Source: Gemmatimonadales bacterium
GTDB lineage: Bacteria > Gemmatimonadota > Gemmatimonadetes > Gemmatimonadales > GWC2-71-9
NCBI GenBank assembly: GCA_037189525.1
Contig: JBBCJC010000002.1
Location: 992,001 to 1,056,000, forward strand
Reading direction: 5' to 3'
DNA length: 64,000 nt
The translations under genes and the position numbers were made by a program. Below are positions 48,104 to 57,273 of this stretch, one piece after another; positions within the stretch are counted from its first letter, which is position 1, and every line of letters starts with the position of its first letter. The notes beneath the pieces were generated by a model. That model was not told the origin of the DNA. It saw nothing but the letters and a program-made list of their open reading frames with translations, and ran no database searches.

Positions 48104-48122
48104 GAGAATGAAAGTCATTTTC
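48104..48122. promoter_or_regulatory. Fur box-like site
   Basis: GAGAATGAAAGTCATTTTC, 15/19 to GATAATGATAATCATTATC, in an AT-rich region upstream of two iron-type receptors. Confidence 0.65.
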
Positions 48123-48210
48123 ATTTACTCAAACGGATTGACATCGAACGGTCTCTGGTACCGCTGCGGCGGACCGCGCCGGTCGATTTCTGCAGGAGAA
48201 CAGTCACGCA

Positions 48211-50445
48211 ATGATCAACTGTCAGAGCATGCGCACAGCGGTAGCCGTTTTGGGGTTCAGTTTGACCCTGTCGGCTCCCGGCTTGGCGCAGAGCGAGTCC
48301 GATAAAAAGCGACCGGCCCGGGATACGACCAGAGCCGCCGGGTTACAGGACGTGGTCGTGATCGGAACCCGGGAGCAGGCTCGTCTGTCGACCGGGTCGG
48401 CCTATGTCGTCCGTGCCGAGGAACTCCGGCAGTTCGAGTTCACCAACGTGCACAGCATCCTGCGCAGCGTGCCCGGTGTATACGTCCGTGAGGAGGACGG
48501 GCTCGGCACCTTCCCGCGCATCGGGATTCGCGCTTCGTCGTCGGGGCGCAGCGACCGGATCTCGATTCTGGAAGACGGTATTCCCGCCGCGATGGCGCCC
48601 TACGCCAACACGTCGGCGTACTACTTCCCGGCGGTCGGCCGGATGAGCAGTGTCGAGGTGCTCAAGGGGCCGGAAATCCTGCGCTACGGTCCGCAGACGA
48701 CCTCGGGCGCCATCAACCTGCTGTCGACACCGATCCCCGAAACGCCAAGCGGGTTCATCAGCGCCGAACTCGGCGCCTGGGACACCCGAAAGGTTCACAC
48801 CTGGGTCGGCGGTACGTTCGGGCAGTTCGGCATCCTGGCCGAGGCCTACCCGCATCGCACCGATGGCTTCCAGCGGATCGATCGGTCCACCCGGACCGCC
48901 GGCAACGACATCGCGGACTATCTGCTCAAGCTCCGCTGGAAGAGCGATGCCAGTGCGTCGGTCCAGCAGCAGCTCGATCTCAAGCTGCTCCATGGCGAGG
49001 AGTACGCCGACGTCTCCTATCTCGGCCTGACCGATGCCGATTTCCGCCGTGATCCGGATCGTCGCTATGGGCTGAGTGAGCTCGAGCGCATGAATCGGGG
49101 CCGGCAGTCCGCGAGCCTCCAGTATCGGATTGGCTTCGCACCTGGCATCACGCTGGTGACGACCGGCTACTACACCGATACCCATCGGGACTACACCCGG
49201 CTCAATCAGATCAACGGGATCGGAATCGGCGGGTCGGGCATCACGTCGCAGATCAACAACGGCGCCGCCAACGCCGCGCTCCTGCAGGGCATCCTCGACG
49301 GCACTGCCAATACTACGCATGCCAACGGTGTCCGCTTCGGAAACAACTTCCAGAACTTCATCGCCAAGGGTATCCAGCTCGAGGCCCGGACTGCGTTTGC
49401 CACGGGCAGCGCCACGCACGAGCTGGCCGGCGGTGTGCGGCGCCACGAAGATCTGAGCCGGAACACGGCGACCCAGACCAATGTGGTCTATGACCAGGTC
49501 AACGGCAGTCTCGTGTACCGCGCGGCGACCGCCGCCACGCCTAACGAAGGCTATGCCAAGGCGACCTCGTTCTGGCTCGCCGATCGCATTCGTATCGGAG
49601 ATCTCGCGCTACTGCCCTTGCTGCGCCACGAGCGGATCAGCAGCCGCGCAGACGTGGCGGTTCCGACGAGCGCCAGCAACACGCTCGAGAAAACCACGCT
49701 TGGACTCGGCGTCAACTACGAAGTCGGTCAGCAGTGGACGGTGTTGGCGGGAATCCATCAGGGCTTTGCTCCTCCGGGATCGGGCGCGGTCGACGGAAGC
49801 CGCGGCGAAGAAAGCACCAACCTCGAAGGCGGCATCCGCTTCCGGAGCGCCAGGTTCGGTCTCGATGCCGTCGGATTCTACACCGGCTACGACAACGCGC
49901 TGCGCAACTGCCTCGTCGCCAACCCGTGCGCAGATGGCGCGATCGACGGGGTGCAGCAGGACGGCGCCAAGGAAGTGTACGGCGTCGAGGTCGGTCTCTC
50001 GGGCAATCTGGTCGACCGGAACGGTCTCCGGCTTCCGGTTCGGCTGGCCTACACCTACACCGACGGCAAGTACACCCGTGGCGCCGATGTGGCCTCCGGA
50101 GTGCGCGAGGGCGATGTGCTCGACTACACCCCCAAACACATCGGTCGCCTGGTCGTGGGGGTCGAGCACGATGCCGGGTTCGATTTCAACGTGGGCTTCA
50201 ACTACTCGGACGGTGCCTGCACCACGACGACCTGCGAGCGGCCTGGAGTGGATAACCGGTTTCTCACGACCGAGTCGCTGTTCACGCTGGATCTGTCGGC
50301 GTCCTATGCTCTGACCTCGTCCATCGATCTCTACGCGCGTGGCGAAAACCTGTTCGATGAGCGCCGCATTTCCCATCGGGGATCCGATGGCGCGCGTGGA
50401 AATCCCGGTCGCTATGTCGGCACCGGGCTGCGGGTGCATTTCTGA
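48211..50445 (+). CDS. TonB-dependent receptor (FecA-like)
   Basis: PGVYVREEDGLG, VEVLKGP..YGPQT.SGAIN plug; C-terminal F. Confidence 0.9.
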   Translation: MINCQSMRTAVAVLGFSLTLSAPGLAQSESDKKRPARDTTRAAGLQDVVVIGTREQARLSTGSAYVVRAEELRQFEFTNVHSILRSVPGVYVREEDGLGTFPRIGIRASSSGRSDRISILEDGIPAAMAPYANTSAYYFPAVGRMSSVEVLKGPEILRYGPQTTSGAINLLSTPIPETPSGFISAELGAWDTRKVHTWVGGTFGQFGILAEAYPHRTDGFQRIDRSTRTAGNDIADYLLKLRWKSDASASVQQQLDLKLLHGEEYADVSYLGLTDADFRRDPDRRYGLSELERMNRGRQSASLQYRIGFAPGITLVTTGYYTDTHRDYTRLNQINGIGIGGSGITSQINNGAANAALLQGILDGTANTTHANGVRFGNNFQNFIAKGIQLEARTAFATGSATHELAGGVRRHEDLSRNTATQTNVVYDQVNGSLVYRAATAATPNEGYAKATSFWLADRIRIGDLALLPLLRHERISSRADVAVPTSASNTLEKTTLGLGVNYEVGQQWTVLAGIHQGFAPPGSGAVDGSRGEESTNLEGGIRFRSARFGLDAVGFYTGYDNALRNCLVANPCADGAIDGVQQDGAKEVYGVEVGLSGNLVDRNGLRLPVRLAYTYTDGKYTRGADVASGVREGDVLDYTPKHIGRLVVGVEHDAGFDFNVGFNYSDGACTTTTCERPGVDNRFLTTESLFTLDLSASYALTSSIDLYARGENLFDERRISHRGSDGARGNPGRYVGTGLRVHF

Positions 50446-50458
50446 TTTGCTGCACAAC

Positions 50459-50490
50459 CTTCCCTCACGGCCTGTTCGGCGTGAGGGAAG
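50459..50490. other. Intercistronic stem-loop
   Basis: cttccctcacg/cgtgagggaag 11-bp arms, no U tract. Confidence 0.55.
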
Positions 50491-50527
50491 CAACTATCAC
50501 TACTGAACTCTCCGCCGGAGAACCACG

Positions 50528-52756
50528 ATGGTCCCCGTTCCTGTAGTTCGTACGATAGGCTTGGCCGCGGTCATGGGTTTGACCATGTCGGCCGCCGTCG
50601 TTGCCCAGACAGAACCTGCCAAGAAAGCCGCCCGCGATACCACCAAGGCCGTCAGCCTGCAAGAGGTGGTTGTTTCGGCTTCCGGATTCGAACAAGAGAA
50701 GAAAGACGCGCCTGCCAGCATCACCGTGCTGAAGCGTGCCCAGCTCGAGAAGCAGCGCAATAACAGCCTGGCCGAGGCGCTTGCGGATGTGGAAGGGATC
50801 GATGTCGGCGGAACGGTCGGCAAGACCGGCGGCATGAATATCGGTATGCGCGGCATGCCGAGTGACTACACCCTGGTCCTGATCGACGGCCGCCGGCAGA
50901 ATGCGGCGGGCAATGTCACACCCAACGGATTCGGCGAAACCTCCACCAGCTTCCTGCCGCCGGTGTCGGCCATCGACCGGATCGAGGTGATTCGCGGTCC
51001 GATGGCGACGCTGTACGGATCCGATGCCATCGGCGGCGTGATCAACATCATCACCCGGAAGGTGAGCAGCCGGTGGCACGGTTCGCTGACCTCCGATGCG
51101 ACGGTACAGGGCAACTCGGAGTTCGGTAACACCTACTCCGGGAACGCCTATCTCAACGGTCCGGTGCTGCCAGGGCGGCTCGGTCTCGCGGTGCGCGGCA
51201 GCCTGCTCAAGCGGGCGGAGTCGGATCTCAATCCGACCGGCGAGTTTGCCGACGCGACCGAGATCAGCAAGCGCGGACCGAGCCCGGTCGAAGCCGATAT
51301 CTACTCGGTGGGCGGCCGTCTCACACTGACGCCCGGCGCCGCGCACGACGTCTGGTTCGATGTCGAGATTGCCCGGCAGCGCTACGAGAACGGCGAGGCG
51401 CAACTCGGCACGCTCGACCGTCCCGATGCCACGCCTCCGACTTTCAATGGCTACGGCCCGGAGCAGAAGTTCTATCGCGACGCGCTGACGCTGGCCCATA
51501 CCTGGCGGTTCGGCGCGGGGATTCTCGAGTCGAGCATCATGCGCAATGCGACCGAGACGATTGGCCGCACGCTGCCGGCTGGCACGCCCGGCGGTCCTCC
51601 CGGCAGCGGCGCGCCGAACAAGGTGGCCGGCTCGCCCCGTCAGCTCGAGGCGACCAACACGGTGTTCGATACCCGGCTGACGGCCGGAGCGGGCCGGCAC
51701 GTTTTCACGGTTGGTGGGCAGTATTGGGACGCCGAGATGATCGATGGCGTGGCGTTGGCGCCCTTCACCTTCACCCAGTGGTCGGCGTTTGCGGAAGACG
51801 AGTGGCGTTTCGTCAGGGACCTGGCCCTGACTGCCGGTGTCCGCTATGACGACCACAGCTCGTTCGGCAGTCACGTGAGCCCGCGTGCCTACCTTGTCTG
51901 GACGGCGAACCAGAACTGGACCTTAAAGGGTGGTGTCAGCGGCGGTTACAAGACGCCGCGATTGGAACAGCTGGTCGATGGTATCACGGGATTCACCGCA
52001 CAGGGTCGAACCGCGACGATCGGCAGCCCCGGCCTCAAGCCGGAAACCAGCGTCAGCACCGAACTCGCCGTGCTGTACGGCAATCAGAGCGGCTGGTCGG
52101 CCGGCGTCAGCGTCTTCAACAACAACTTCAACGACAAGATTGCCTCGGGAACACCGGTTCCGAACTGCACCTTTCAGGGCAACCCGAATGCCGCCGGCTG
52201 CGTCAACTACGGCAACTTCCCGACGCAGGAGACGTTCGGCCAGGCGATCAACATCGACAAAGCAGTGACGCGCGGGTTCGAACTGAGCGGCCGAGTGCCG
52301 TTTTCCCAGGCTGTCTCGCTACAGGGGAACTACACCTATACCGAGAGCGAGCAGAAAAGCGGTAGCTCGGAAGGGTGGCCGCTGACCAACACCCCGAAGC
52401 ACATGCTCAACGGAACCGTCCGCGCCGATCTTGGCCGGACCGTGGGTACCTGGGTCCGTGGGGAGTATCGCAGCAGCCGGGCGCGCCGTCTCTCGGAGGG
52501 CGCCAACGCGGCCTACGATGCGCTCGGCGATTTCAAAGCGTACGGCCTCCTGCACCTGGGCGGTTCGTTCCAGTTGGTCAATGGTGTCACGATCAATGCC
52601 ACCATCTACAACCTGCTCGACACGGACTTCCTCCAGTACGCCTCGTATCAGGGCACGCCGAGCGCGGCCAATCCGACCGGCATCCTGTACACCAACGTGT
52701 ACAACAACCATCAGGAAGGCCGCCGGATCTGGCTCTCGACCAACCTGAGCTTCTGA
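50528..52756 (+). CDS. TonB-dependent receptor (CirA/IrgA-like)
   Basis: SASGFEQ..KDAPASITV, IEVIRGPMATLYGSDAIGGVINIIT; C-terminal F. Confidence 0.92.
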   Translation: MVPVPVVRTIGLAAVMGLTMSAAVVAQTEPAKKAARDTTKAVSLQEVVVSASGFEQEKKDAPASITVLKRAQLEKQRNNSLAEALADVEGIDVGGTVGKTGGMNIGMRGMPSDYTLVLIDGRRQNAAGNVTPNGFGETSTSFLPPVSAIDRIEVIRGPMATLYGSDAIGGVINIITRKVSSRWHGSLTSDATVQGNSEFGNTYSGNAYLNGPVLPGRLGLAVRGSLLKRAESDLNPTGEFADATEISKRGPSPVEADIYSVGGRLTLTPGAAHDVWFDVEIARQRYENGEAQLGTLDRPDATPPTFNGYGPEQKFYRDALTLAHTWRFGAGILESSIMRNATETIGRTLPAGTPGGPPGSGAPNKVAGSPRQLEATNTVFDTRLTAGAGRHVFTVGGQYWDAEMIDGVALAPFTFTQWSAFAEDEWRFVRDLALTAGVRYDDHSSFGSHVSPRAYLVWTANQNWTLKGGVSGGYKTPRLEQLVDGITGFTAQGRTATIGSPGLKPETSVSTELAVLYGNQSGWSAGVSVFNNNFNDKIASGTPVPNCTFQGNPNAAGCVNYGNFPTQETFGQAINIDKAVTRGFELSGRVPFSQAVSLQGNYTYTESEQKSGSSEGWPLTNTPKHMLNGTVRADLGRTVGTWVRGEYRSSRARRLSEGANAAYDALGDFKAYGLLHLGGSFQLVNGVTINATIYNLLDTDFLQYASYQGTPSAANPTGILYTNVYNNHQEGRRIWLSTNLSF

Positions 52757-52779
52757 TCCTGTTGCGATCGGAATGAAAG

Positions 52780-52818
52780 AAGCCGCCCTCTCGGTTCCGA
52801 GAGGGCGGCTTTGTTTTC
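52780..52818. terminator. Rho-independent terminator, likely bidirectional
   Basis: aagccgccctctcgg-tt-ccgagagggcggctt followed by tgtttt, between convergent genes. Confidence 0.85.
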
Positions 52819-52825
52819 TCCCTGC

Positions 52826-55303
52826 TCAGCGACCCAGCGCGCGGTCGATGCGGGTCAGGGCATCCTCCAGATGAATCCGGGTGTTGCGATCCGCGGGTTG
52901 CCTGGTCAGAGCGGCGTCGATCTCGCGCTTGAGGCTCCGGAGCTGGTCTCGGATCAGCGGCCGGATGTCGGACTGCCCGATGTGGAGATCCGCGTTCAAG
53001 GGTGGATCGTTGTCGTTGCCGACGCGCAGGTTCCCGCTCGACGGCGGGTTCCACGACTTGGACTCGGCGTTATGCAGCAGATGGTGCGTATGGTCGAGAT
53101 AGCCACGCTGCAGGTTGCGCCGGTAGGTGTCGATCGGATTGCCGGTTCGAACCTCGCGCCAGATCATCGCGCGCACGTCGTCGAGCATCGCCGCGGGCCG
53201 ATAGGACCGGTCGCCCAGGAACGCTTCCTGTTCGATCAGGCGTGCCAACCTGGCGTGATTGAGCACCCGGTTGACGGCGAGCACCTGATAGGCGCGGATT
53301 CGTTCGACCGCGCCGGCGTGCTCGATCCGGCCGAGCAGGTCGCGATCGAGGGCCCAGGCCGGCGTCGCGAAGACGTGCGTATCGAGGAACGCCATCGCCT
53401 TGCGCTGGTAGGCCGGATCAATCGGCGTGTAGACCGGCCCCGCCTCGCCGATTCGCTTGTGATGGGTCCAGAACCCGCCGATGGCTGCCGACGCATGCTC
53501 GGCAAAGCGGTTCCACTGGGTCAGGTTCTGGAGGTAGTGGGCTTCCAGTTCGTAGTAGTCCCGGTTCGGCTTCGCGACCCATTGCACCAGGCTTCCGGTG
53601 GCGCTGCGCAGGTTCTGCATGCCGAGCTCGGCCGCCCGGATTGGATCGTCGGAAATCCCTTCCGTCATCCGGTACGGGTCCCACTCCACATCCATGCCAA
53701 ACTGCGCTTCGGCGGAACGGAACCATGGCTTGTCCGCGCGTTCGACGATCCACTGATTGAGCGTCGGCAGTTCATCGTGCGCGGTTTTGGCGTCGAGGAT
53801 CGGACGATATCCCCACATGACCGCGAACTTATCCCAGAGACCCAGCCGGCGTTCCGGGGGCACGCCGTCGCCGGGCTGCGCAGCGTAGTTGTACCGGGTT
53901 CGGCCGACCGACGAGGCGGAGTGTCCCATCCGCCGGACGAAATCCGGATTGCGGATCGAGTCGACCGGATAGACGAAATTGGCCAGCTGATTGTGCGGCA
54001 GGCCGACCGAGTGGGCCGTCTCGTGTGAGATGACGTAACGGAGCGCCTCACCCATGTCGGCGGTGGAGAGCTCGCTGGTCTGGAACGACGGATTCGCGGC
54101 GGCGACTTGTGACACCAGCCACCAGCGCAGCCGCTCCATCACGCCGTGATACATGTTGGTGTGGGCGCGAATCACTTCTCCCGAGCGCGGGTCGATCACG
54201 TCGCCGCTCGAATTGGCAGAGCGCACTGGTGTCGCGACGTAGCGAATGACCGAATATCGCGCATCGAGGAGGCTGAATTCCGGATCTTCCTCTTCGGTCG
54301 GCGCGCGGCGAACCTGGATGGCATTCTTGAACCCCGCCAGCTCGAATGCTTCGTTCCACTCGAGCACCCCAGCTTCGAAGAAGGGAAGCCACTCGGGCGG
54401 CGTCGCCGGATCGATATACCAGACCCAGGGTTTGACGGGTTCGACGAGCTCGCCGCGCCGGAACGCCGCGGTGTCCTTCGGCTCCAGCCGGTAGCGGCGG
54501 ATATACTGTTCGGCGCGAACACCCTGAAAACGACTCGAGTAGTCGGTTCGGGTCGAGGTGATGTAGGTGACGCGTTCGTCCGCCAGCCGAGGTGTCATCG
54601 GCTTGACGGGTAGCAGGATCATCGAATGGTTGACTTCGAACGAAATCGACCCGCCCCGGACGTTCGAGGGTGGGCGGTCGGCTGCGTAGGTACGGACCAC
54701 CCGGAGTTCGAGGTTGATCGGAAAGCTCCGGGCCCATTCGAGCCAGGTCCGGCTGCGATCATGGCTGCGCACCGCATACTCGGTACGGCGCTGCCTGGGC
54801 ATCGAAAACGCCGGTGTGTCGCCCAGGTAGAGTTCGGTAACATCGACGACCGTGGTGCCGGCGCCGCGTGCCTTGATCGGCAGCGACGCCAGCACCGGAG
54901 CGAAGTTGGAGTTGTCGACTGCCAGGCGGATCGCGCTGCCGGAGTCGGCGGTGTTGTCATGCTGAATACCGCGGAGCAGGATCCGGCCCTCGCGGGACTC
55001 CCAACGGACCACGATGTTCGGCGCCATCATGGCGCCGCCGTCCGCCAGCCCTTCCTGGGCTTTGGCGTACCGGCTCATCACCATCATGTCGCGGCCGAGC
55101 AGGGAGTCGGGTATCTCGAACAGGAGGCTGCCGTCGGCCCGATGGACGGTAAAGAGTCCGGCGTCGGACTTGGCGGAAGCCGGAATCGCGGCGCTATAGG
55201 CTTCGGATTGCGCACCAAGAGGATGCCATGCGAGCGCGGCGGAGCCGGCCAGGACTGTGCGGAAGAGCATGCGCCTCCCGCGGGCGGGAACGAGGGGCTT
55301 CAT
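52826..55303 (-). CDS. Zinc metalloprotease (DUF5118/DUF5117/DUF4953, EcxA-like)
   Basis: GLFTVH, LLFEIPDSLLGR, DPRSGEVI, HETAHSVGLPHN. Confidence 0.88.
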   Translation of the reverse strand: MKPLVPARGRRMLFRTVLAGSAALAWHPLGAQSEAYSAAIPASAKSDAGLFTVHRADGSLLFEIPDSLLGRDMMVMSRYAKAQEGLADGGAMMAPNIVVRWESREGRILLRGIQHDNTADSGSAIRLAVDNSNFAPVLASLPIKARGAGTTVVDVTELYLGDTPAFSMPRQRRTEYAVRSHDRSRTWLEWARSFPINLELRVVRTYAADRPPSNVRGGSISFEVNHSMILLPVKPMTPRLADERVTYITSTRTDYSSRFQGVRAEQYIRRYRLEPKDTAAFRRGELVEPVKPWVWYIDPATPPEWLPFFEAGVLEWNEAFELAGFKNAIQVRRAPTEEEDPEFSLLDARYSVIRYVATPVRSANSSGDVIDPRSGEVIRAHTNMYHGVMERLRWWLVSQVAAANPSFQTSELSTADMGEALRYVISHETAHSVGLPHNQLANFVYPVDSIRNPDFVRRMGHSASSVGRTRYNYAAQPGDGVPPERRLGLWDKFAVMWGYRPILDAKTAHDELPTLNQWIVERADKPWFRSAEAQFGMDVEWDPYRMTEGISDDPIRAAELGMQNLRSATGSLVQWVAKPNRDYYELEAHYLQNLTQWNRFAEHASAAIGGFWTHHKRIGEAGPVYTPIDPAYQRKAMAFLDTHVFATPAWALDRDLLGRIEHAGAVERIRAYQVLAVNRVLNHARLARLIEQEAFLGDRSYRPAAMLDDVRAMIWREVRTGNPIDTYRRNLQRGYLDHTHHLLHNAESKSWNPPSSGNLRVGNDNDPPLNADLHIGQSDIRPLIRDQLRSLKREIDAALTRQPADRNTRIHLEDALTRIDRALGR

Positions 55304-55560
55304 CGTGGCGGACCTATGGCGTTGGATGGCGATGGAGTCACGGCGTCAGGACAATGCTTCTGACCCGCGCCGGCATCTTCCGATAGTACCCACGCAGAGG
55401 GTGGTTCGCCAGAGAAACCGCGATTGCAGCGTTCTCCCTTGAATATGGTGCGGCCTCGCCCTGCAACGTGCCGTCGCTTTCCAAATCGGGAGCGGGGCGT
55501 TACATGTTTGTGATCGAGCCTGGCTGCTCGACAATCCTTTCCACTTCGGACCGACCGATC

Positions 55561-56148
55561 ATGACGAACGTTTCCCCGAGACACGGGGACGACGATGCAT
55601 TCGACGTCGACGCGAACCTGATGAAACGATTGCGAGACGGCGATGCCGGCGCGCTCGATCATCTGATGGACCGGCATTGGGGCCATGTCGTCTCGTACAT
55701 CGAACGGATGGCGGACATTCCTGAAGCTGCGCAGGATATTGCGCAGGAAGTCTTCCTCCGGCTCTGGCAGCAGCGGGTCGATTGGCATCCGACCGGATCG
55801 CTACGGTCGTTCCTGCTTTCCGTCGCCCGCCATTTGCTGTTCAATCAGGACAAGAAGCGCTGGCGGGAGGTGCGGCACCTGCCGTCATATCGCGCCGAGC
55901 TGGAGCGACGGAAGCAGGAGACACCGGGGGAGTCGCTGGATCGGGCGGAGTTGCGCGCCGCGGTCCATCGCGCCGTCGCCTCGCTGCCGCCACGCCGCCG
56001 AGAGGTCTTCGTGCTCGCCCGGATTCACGGGCTCTCGTACAAAGAGATCGCCGACGTGATGGAGATCTCGCCCCAGACGGTCGCCAATCAGCTGAGCGCG
56101 GCCGTGGCAGAATTGCGGGGCATCCTGCGCGGCATCACCGAGCCTTGA
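55561..56148 (+). CDS. ECF sigma-70 factor (FecI-like)
   Basis: AQDIAQEVFLRLW, LPPRRREVF, GLSYKEIA, TVANQL. Confidence 0.92.
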   Translation: MTNVSPRHGDDDAFDVDANLMKRLRDGDAGALDHLMDRHWGHVVSYIERMADIPEAAQDIAQEVFLRLWQQRVDWHPTGSLRSFLLSVARHLLFNQDKKRWREVRHLPSYRAELERRKQETPGESLDRAELRAAVHRAVASLPPRRREVFVLARIHGLSYKEIADVMEISPQTVANQLSAAVAELRGILRGITEP

Positions 56149-56240
56149 CGGCCGGCATTCCCCCAGCATGCGTCACCCCCTGATCCCCCTGTTTTTCCTT
56201 CCGATGGTATAAACCCACCCTCAGCGGAACTCATTACATC

Positions 56241-57245
56241 ATGGACGAAGCCGCGATCATCCGCGTCCTGCGGGGCGAAGCCACCGAGCGCGAGCACCGG
56301 GAACTCTCGGTTTGGCGCCGGGCCGCCGTGGAGAACGAGCGTCTCTACCAGGATGTCGCCCATCTCTGGCGGCTGACGGCGGTACTGGGGGATGATGTGC
56401 CCGACCGGCCGCATCCGCCGGCCACCGAGATCATCCGAAGCGAGCCGGCCCGGCTGGTCGTGCGGCAGTTCGCTCCGCGCCGACGCTCGCGGATATCTAT
56501 GGCTGCGCTGGCGGCTGCCGCAGTCGTGCTCATCGCCCTCGGTGTTCGTGCCGTCATTGGCGATCCCGCCACGCCTGTCGCGGCGGCAACGGAGTTCGTC
56601 ACGGGCCCGGAGGAGCGGGTGACGGTGACTCTCACCGACGGCAGCGTCGTCCGGCTGGCCCCCGAGAGTCAATTCCGGTTTGTGGACGGCCGAGATGAGC
56701 GGCGCGCGGAGCTCAACGGCCGGGCCTACTTCGCGGTGGCTAAGGAGGAGGGGCGGCCTTTTCGGATCGAGACGCCGTCTGGCGCTGCCACCGTACTTGG
56801 TACCCAGTTCGATCTCGACGGGCGGGAGCAGCACTTTCGCCTCGTCGTGATCGAGGGACGCGTGGCGGTCGCGGCGGCCGATTCGGCCGTGGAAGTCGGG
56901 CCCAAGCAGGTCGCCTCGATGGCCGCCGGTGCCCCGCCGACCATCGCGGCGGCACCCGACGTCGATACCGGTACCAACTGGGTGGGCAACTTCCTCGTGT
57001 TCCAGGGCACCCCGGTGCGCGAGGCCCTGCGCGAGATCGAGACACGATACGGCGCGACGATCCGCTTGATAGATCCGGAGCTGGCGAACGACCGCATCAG
57101 CGCCTGGTTCACCGATCGTGATTTTCCCCATGTGATGACGACGATCTGTCGGATTCTGGATGCCCGCTGCGAGGTGGGTAGCCGGCGCGCCGTCGTAGAA
57201 CTGCGGCGGGGCGGGGGCCTCGAGCCTCCGCTGCCATCGAGTTGA
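56241..57245 (+). CDS. fecR: FecR family anti-sigma sensor
   Basis: TM, LTDGSVVRL, GRAYFAV..RPF, VLGTQF, EGRV. Confidence 0.9.
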   Translation: MDEAAIIRVLRGEATEREHRELSVWRRAAVENERLYQDVAHLWRLTAVLGDDVPDRPHPPATEIIRSEPARLVVRQFAPRRRSRISMAALAAAAVVLIALGVRAVIGDPATPVAAATEFVTGPEERVTVTLTDGSVVRLAPESQFRFVDGRDERRAELNGRAYFAVAKEEGRPFRIETPSGAATVLGTQFDLDGREQHFRLVVIEGRVAVAAADSAVEVGPKQVASMAAGAPPTIAAAPDVDTGTNWVGNFLVFQGTPVREALREIETRYGATIRLIDPELANDRISAWFTDRDFPHVMTTICRILDARCEVGSRRAVVELRRGGGLEPPLPSS

Positions 57246-57273
57246 GTTCACCCCCGATGGAGGAGCGGCAAGC

